A DNA stretch of 64,000 bases, from the IMG/VR virus record IMGVR_UViG_3300020183_006727; one strand, given 5' to 3'. The notes beneath the pieces are model-generated. The model had not been told where the DNA came from and did not search any database. It saw nothing but the letters and a program-made list of their open reading frames with translations. Every line of letters begins with the position of its first letter. Position 1 is the stretch's first letter. This document shows positions 59,501 through 64,000 of this stretch, in pieces. Made by a program: the position numbers and the translations under genes. The stretch is from an uncultured virus (IMG/VR IMGVR_UViG_3300020183_006727) (lineage: Duplodnaviria > Heunggongvirae > Uroviricota > Caudoviricetes).

Positions 59501-61179
59501 ACGGAGATGGGGCGTCAGCATTCATTCCGTCCAATGAAGATCACTATATAGCCGGAATTGATGTGCATATAACAGGTCAATCTAAAGAACAACTGAAGAA
59601 CATGTTCCTCTCTGCATGCATAGATGATTCATTTTTGTCATCTTCGGGTTCTTTCTATCCGCCAAGCGGTAGCAAGACTATGCTTTGGTACAAGGTGGAC
59701 GATTTCGGCATGGTCAAAATGCGTGGTCCGCATTACGGCTCATCTATGAACTTAATCATATCTTCTTCATCTCCTATTTCTGGACCAATCGCCGCAACCG
59801 CAAAGGTGAGGTGGATAGAAAAATCAAAGTCTGACATGTGGTATCCTGAGATGACGAGTGCGTCTCCATTCGTAGACTCATATGGCTGTTCCGGTATGTA
59901 TTTTGCATCGCAGGATGACGCCTTTGGTTTGAGTTGTTATATGTCTTGTGATGGCGATTTGCGCTGGAATCTCATGACGCATGTAATGCAGGGCTTCATC
60001 AATGAGACATGCAGCGATATCATAGCAAAATCAGATCATCGTGCATTCTGCACGTACTGCATGTTCAAAAAAGACGGCATGTTGCTGTGTAAGAGAATAG
60101 ATGATTCTGACATGAATACTGATTTGTGTCGACTGCCGAAGTCGATGCCAAAAAGTAAGTTTAGGGTTGGATTCGCAAACGGCTTGAGAGATTTTGTGTA
60201 TGCGATTTCAGAAGAACCATACAAGAGTAATGGATTTTCTCAGAATCAAACTGATGTTAAGATAAATCTTGGAATGATGAAAGTTAGATTGGCACCTTGC
60301 CACGTGGTTTATGCTAATTTTGAGAATAACGAAGAATACAAGGAAGAGGCAGCCAATTTTAAAATCTTGACAAGCGGGCGGTTCACAAGTTCTTCTGGTA
60401 TTTCGTCGAGCGAATTGTCCAAAAAGACTTTCTATCCAAGAATATCCACATCATTCGGAGAAAGCCCCAAACTGTGTGTTGGTACATCGGGTAGATTTGA
60501 TTTTGATCCTATTGGGCCATACGCATTTGAGGTGATGCCTAACGGCAGTTTGTTCTGCATGATGATAAACGATGGTTCAGCATATGCATTCCTAAGTTCT
60601 GATTGTGGTAAGACATGGTCCCCAGCTTTCAGAGAATATGCGTTTTCAATCAGACCAATTAAGTATAAAATAGATGACGCAGATAGCGTTTACGATTTTG
60701 AGAATGTTTCTGCATCTTTAGGAGATACGCTGCCCATAGATAATGTGGCTATGTGTGTAGACAAATTTGGAGACTTCGTTTTGATAATCTATAATGTCGG
60801 AGGATGTCTTTTTGGCCAGCGTGTGCCCTGTGTTTCCATAATTGGTAGGTCTGCTGAGGCTTCAAAAATATTCACTACTGCTTGGTTGTCGTCAGAGGAC
60901 AGAAAGTTCATGAGGCCATTTTATATTCTTGGACCCTTACCTTCTGAGATATCAGAAGAACTCCTTACGGGGAGGTCGTTTGTAAGGTTGGACAAAACAT
61001 ATGCTGGAGAGCCAAGCAAGCTTCAACAAAATCTGGGTGTCGACTTGGGTGGATCTATGCCAACAATCGTTCCTCTTCAAAATGGCATGTTTAGGCTTTA
61101 TTATACCGCTAGTGACTCTGTGCGTGGCGGATTTCTAATTGGAGACAGGCTAATTCTCGATGCCCAACTCACGCAGTAA
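56578..61179 (+). CDS. Giant tail-tip/baseplate-region protein
   Basis: 1533 aa after tape measure; Asp-box-like SSDCGKTW and MSCDGDLRW suggest a C-terminal beta-propeller. Confidence 0.7.
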   Translation: MSAIGLGGLPSGILALDHSQVLAKGSIPTVGTPPPKPSEIPSFAPSIGMSAVASTKVVSASGSERTFDGFKIELQTSVEDLTDSMINQGIDSRVIKMYFEYGWYYYRNGVPDLLQGTLRRVGLSVRIMKEDPTEAEAGSQFSTSKAVKRGQTVVFYVVPSYGGPSDDLTISSLFGPVFDVPYFVGARIRMLPSDTIQIQIQSIINLQLQAADLLEPLASLGVGVQSALNALGLAAGISHVNLKMFSYKYGYFIHNGGTQVNRQIGINSIFDFAPSGSEISHGVMIRRGQEEFSDGVANWPMFASGQGKALIIKIPDGYASVLCVTWKPVNFGASIQYIGKGLVEGANSEDPRNGVPASVVEEAMPLNFAYISGVKLKKYIMAGGKAMSSVQLTSTETSGGGLDAGHTPLFAVNEDVDPTKRYLVVFFPAITASMGSNAGGGSGAPDGTETNFISTDKYYNSVYITYQAAEKVLARRVHLDRGVVQQSTSIMGGFGLTLFPPKSGVYHFAPCRTIVREVDAFGELCTWRSLASASGTDITYRYEGKLPSLSSVGTEGKSFSYLGYLKCVELGSSSYDSYLASDENFDDICTRVRQSINIDTGRPGFGNPLDPPGGSTDSADFVEPIVGSPISVEWPRISRILTRLPTFRKFDFPRGFFFGDRLGIHFMSPLNEPTLLFYPSSLNSDWFSANLSGIPPLSIDEMAEGNMYFDISEACNSCLPDDLKIPYHKNLALAIQKATKYESDGISAGIGIPRLDFFEPYSSTQIRVGSIPTYGDVGFPDLSLAEFDTRTTMTIPTVSYGASAVDPTTGEASINSLRTAGRLTNINLSRTGRISIENMGPEEQLGNVYVLTEGTFEGMRSAMDWQNRRGILTVRDDQNFALMPIDSMQTQRVASACSFINDRIDDDSLKWREKKFTNLANPIGSKAAFGPPFDIVPAVYPGFKAVVNQTDAFREQPSNIPKFVEDDYPISFSVNGDGASAFIPSNEDHYIAGIDVHITGQSKEQLKNMFLSACIDDSFLSSSGSFYPPSGSKTMLWYKVDDFGMVKMRGPHYGSSMNLIISSSSPISGPIAATAKVRWIEKSKSDMWYPEMTSASPFVDSYGCSGMYFASQDDAFGLSCYMSCDGDLRWNLMTHVMQGFINETCSDIIAKSDHRAFCTYCMFKKDGMLLCKRIDDSDMNTDLCRLPKSMPKSKFRVGFANGLRDFVYAISEEPYKSNGFSQNQTDVKINLGMMKVRLAPCHVVYANFENNEEYKEEAANFKILTSGRFTSSSGISSSELSKKTFYPRISTSFGESPKLCVGTSGRFDFDPIGPYAFEVMPNGSLFCMMINDGSAYAFLSSDCGKTWSPAFREYAFSIRPIKYKIDDADSVYDFENVSASLGDTLPIDNVAMCVDKFGDFVLIIYNVGGCLFGQRVPCVSIIGRSAEASKIFTTAWLSSEDRKFMRPFYILGPLPSEISEELLTGRSFVRLDKTYAGEPSKLQQNLGVDLGGSMPTIVPLQNGMFRLYYTASDSVRGGFLIGDRLILDAQLTQ

Positions 61180-64000
61180 TCTTGGCGAAGGTACGATTCT
61201 CAGTAGAAACCTCTATGACCTCAGGGTGGGTGGGGAGGTATCCGGTGGCTCAGTAGCGGCTCTTGGTACTGTCAGAATACAGGTTATGCTTTTTGAGTCT
61301 GGTAGATGCCCATTTTCAAAGCGTGTCAGGCAGGTGCACGAATTCTTGTTTACCAAGAACAACATTCAGTTCTTGAATGCGAGCCAGATAGATGATGTTG
61401 AAACAATAGATATGGGCTCATCTGTTGGTGTCACATTGAAACGTGCGCAGTATGGTCGCTTTTCAACCTGCTTTGCTGAGCGGGTGTTTGTTTCTTCATC
61501 GGACCAAGCAAATCCGAGCATAGATGTTGAGGGCATTAATGAAATAGCAGCAAGCGTCAGATCAGACAATGAAAGCCTTTTCATGCACCAATTGTTCATT
61601 CATGCTCCCGGGTTGTTCACTGACCTGATTAATAAGCAAAGTGTAGAGGAATTAAGCAGATCATCTTATCAGCAAGGAGAAAACGCGAGATCTCCCCTGG
61701 AAGACTTGATTCCTGTGAGCAGAACGAGGAGTGTGACCGAGCCCCCCAAAAAGAGTCAAAATCGCATGCCCGGCGAAGAGGTTTCTGTTAGTGCAGATCA
61801 GCCACTTGCCTCCGAATTGCCATACGTGCAATTAGATACATCTTTTGTAGGTAACTTATTCGAGAAATTAGGCGAAGGCATAAGAACCTCTTGGATGTTT
61901 CTTAGAGGCTCGCGCCTCGCTCAGAAAATTGGAGACATTCAGAGAAATACGGTGCCTACCTCTTCAACATACTCAAACTTGAATCCCGGCATGCACGTGA
62001 GCTACGAGAAGGTTACGGATCTTTTCGCCGGTCTAGATTTTTCTTTCAAGTTTCACAACACGACTCCGCAATTTCCTAAGGTTAGTTTGGACACGGTAAA
62101 AACTGATGGTGGAAGCACTGAAAAAGTTGTGACAGGCGCCTTCTTGATGAGACATGACTACTGTTACCTTGACCCTCTTTATATTGATTATGATGATACA
62201 GATGGGAACACGACACACAGTGTATCTACGTCTCCTAGTATTGTTGCTGACAATACGATATCTGATGCTGCTACAGTTGAGAGGAATTTCGGGGTGGCTC
62301 GTCCTGTTTACAGGACTGCGACGACGATCACGTCTTCTTCGGAGTCCTCAACGATTCCTCCAGGTTTTATCATACCAGCCGATGCGGAAAAAAACTACCT
62401 TGCTGAACAGCCATACATCATTATTGAAGTAGATGGTGGCAAAGAAAACAGATTTTTTATATGCATAACTCATGAATCTAAAGTGTCTGTATATGAGGTG
62501 ACTGAAGATCCTGAATGGGTTAGTGCTCTTACTACAGGCAGTCAGCAGACGACGACAGTTTTGCGCGGCGGCAAAGAGCATTCTCGATTGCTTGCAACCA
62601 TGAACAAGAGCGGTGCATCTGTTCTCACAATGGACGCATTCGAAATAAGTGTGCAGCATTATTTTGGTCGCCTGCAAATATCAATCGATGGCAACGAACC
62701 CCTAGTGATTGAAAGAAACAGATGGCCCGACCATATACGGGCAATGGCAATGAAACAAATGTTGACAGAGAGTCAACTTCAGGCTTTAGATGCAGAAAAT
62801 AAGCCTGCAAGCAACCAGTATTTTTCCCCCATCAAATTGTCTGGGGTAATTAGGGTTCATATGGGAAATTATCGTGGCGCATTTAATTTTAGCCCACTAC
62901 AGTATGTCCCTTCTGTAAGTTTAACCACGCAGTTTCCCGTTACTGCTCATGATGTAGCCTATCCACCTAGTGAAACATCGAGTGAACAGTCTTTTCCACC
63001 ACCCTCGGTATTGGACAAGTCTGCCATAAGCATACTGCTGAGATCCAAGGGGTCTCGAGACGCCACAAAAAATGCTGAAGATATTGAGAATGGCACTGCT
63101 GTTGGATTTGCTGGTGAGGAGCCTTCTTATTGGTTTCAGTCGTGTCTAGAACTCAAAGAAGTTATAGGCAGCAATGAGAAAAGTTTTACTTCTGACAAGT
63201 TTTCTACAGATGTCCGCAAGACAATTCCTGGAGATACCCATGGAGTAACATCCTCTCATGCATCTTCATACGCAGGTTTTCAGGTTTCTAGTCCTTCTGT
63301 CATACAGGCTAGCTATAAAGGTTCGGTAAACACGAATAACCCAACTTCAATAAATATTACACCATCAATCACATTGAAGTCTGGATCTTTGGAGTTGTTA
63401 GGCGGGGATAAGTCGTACATCATAGAAAACTGCCTTAGACCACTATGTACAAGTTTTACAGTTTTTATCAAAGAAGATGAGTCAGATAGGTGGACTTCAG
63501 AGCCTATTGATATCACAAATCATGTCATTTCGTTTGAAGATACCTGGACTCGAGAGGAGCGACATAAGATCAATCACCAAGGAAGCATGACGTTGTATCT
63601 CACCAAGGGTGAGGCTCAGGGTAACTTTGAATCAATAAAACCAGTTTCTGTAACTGGTCAGCAGTACCCTGTCAACAGCGGTGTTGGAGGGCAAAATACA
63701 AATGACAGCCAAGCAGACAAGAGTGATTATCTGGCCTCTTTGCAAGATCGGTATTTCTATGTTACCGTTTATGCATGGCGTGATGGAGCGGGGTACTTTG
63801 ACGGATCGATGTACGTTACTCCTGCATCTGGAGCAGTCCAAAAATCAAGACAAGCTCTTTTCACTGGCATATGTAATGATGTAAGTTTTCAGACTGAGCC
63901 AACCAAAATTATTATGACATGCAATTTGCGAGACTACTCCATGGTGCTTGAGCACATGCGGTGGTTGAATGCTCCATACTATGATGCCATGCGAGACTAC
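61160..64000 (+). CDS. Giant tail-tip/hub-like protein (3' truncated; absent from ORF track)
   Basis: ATG 61160 (MPNSRSNLGEG), read by hand without a stop to 64000 (947 codons); IDITNHVISF...LFTGI...MTCNLRDY resembles hub domains. Confidence 0.85.
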   Translation, partial: MPNSRSNLGEGTILSRNLYDLRVGGEVSGGSVAALGTVRIQVMLFESGRCPFSKRVRQVHEFLFTKNNIQFLNASQIDDVETIDMGSSVGVTLKRAQYGRFSTCFAERVFVSSSDQANPSIDVEGINEIAASVRSDNESLFMHQLFIHAPGLFTDLINKQSVEELSRSSYQQGENARSPLEDLIPVSRTRSVTEPPKKSQNRMPGEEVSVSADQPLASELPYVQLDTSFVGNLFEKLGEGIRTSWMFLRGSRLAQKIGDIQRNTVPTSSTYSNLNPGMHVSYEKVTDLFAGLDFSFKFHNTTPQFPKVSLDTVKTDGGSTEKVVTGAFLMRHDYCYLDPLYIDYDDTDGNTTHSVSTSPSIVADNTISDAATVERNFGVARPVYRTATTITSSSESSTIPPGFIIPADAEKNYLAEQPYIIIEVDGGKENRFFICITHESKVSVYEVTEDPEWVSALTTGSQQTTTVLRGGKEHSRLLATMNKSGASVLTMDAFEISVQHYFGRLQISIDGNEPLVIERNRWPDHIRAMAMKQMLTESQLQALDAENKPASNQYFSPIKLSGVIRVHMGNYRGAFNFSPLQYVPSVSLTTQFPVTAHDVAYPPSETSSEQSFPPPSVLDKSAISILLRSKGSRDATKNAEDIENGTAVGFAGEEPSYWFQSCLELKEVIGSNEKSFTSDKFSTDVRKTIPGDTHGVTSSHASSYAGFQVSSPSVIQASYKGSVNTNNPTSINITPSITLKSGSLELLGGDKSYIIENCLRPLCTSFTVFIKEDESDRWTSEPIDITNHVISFEDTWTREERHKINHQGSMTLYLTKGEAQGNFESIKPVSVTGQQYPVNSGVGGQNTNDSQADKSDYLASLQDRYFYVTVYAWRDGAGYFDGSMYVTPASGAVQKSRQALFTGICNDVSFQTEPTKIIMTCNLRDYSMVLEHMRWLNAPYYDAMRDY

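Larger units (their letters stand above)
1..64000. mobile_element. Large tailed bacteriophage genome segment (structural/packaging module)
   Basis: Terminase, portal, prohead protease, major capsid, neck, tail tube, chaperone frameshift and tape measure in canonical order; dense overlapping ORFs; no host housekeeping genes or integrase seen. Confidence 0.97.

Noticed and set aside
62387..62397. Other in-frame A-run heptamers (62387 region, also near 46959)
   Set aside because: No stimulators or useful alternative frame seen; they show such heptamers also arise by chance.
1..64000. tRNA, rRNA, integrase, introns, inteins
   Set aside because: None recognised by eye; terminase and portal lack intein motifs. 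A covariance search was not possible.

Overview
The whole window is the virion-morphogenesis region of a large tailed dsDNA phage (Caudoviricetes, probably jumbo-size), standard genetic code, host not determinable. From left to right: the end of a large structural gene; a mostly minus-strand block of Ala/Gly/Gln-rich, probably head-internal proteins; a stand-alone ABC-type ATPase; a ~530-nt ORF-free, highly structured segment (candidate large ncRNA); three tail-fibre-like genes with an AT-rich methyltransferase pair; terminase large subunit; many small head-associated genes (one a DUF192-WYL fusion); a portal fused to a DUF559/Vsr-like nuclease; a 1881-aa prohead protease-scaffold; decoration protein; HK97-type major capsid; glycosyltransferase-like genes, a subtilisin, PhoH and an actin-fold ATPase; neck proteins; tail tube; frameshifting tail chaperone; tape measure; and two giant tail-tip proteins, the last running off the window. 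Most notable: a K-x-A-(S/Q) signature pervading head proteins (putative protease-processing or packaging code), the structured RNA candidate, several recoding or nested-start signals in the head module, and a ~55-aa module shared by a glycosyltransferase and three other proteins. All family calls come from motif recognition by eye; no database searches were run.
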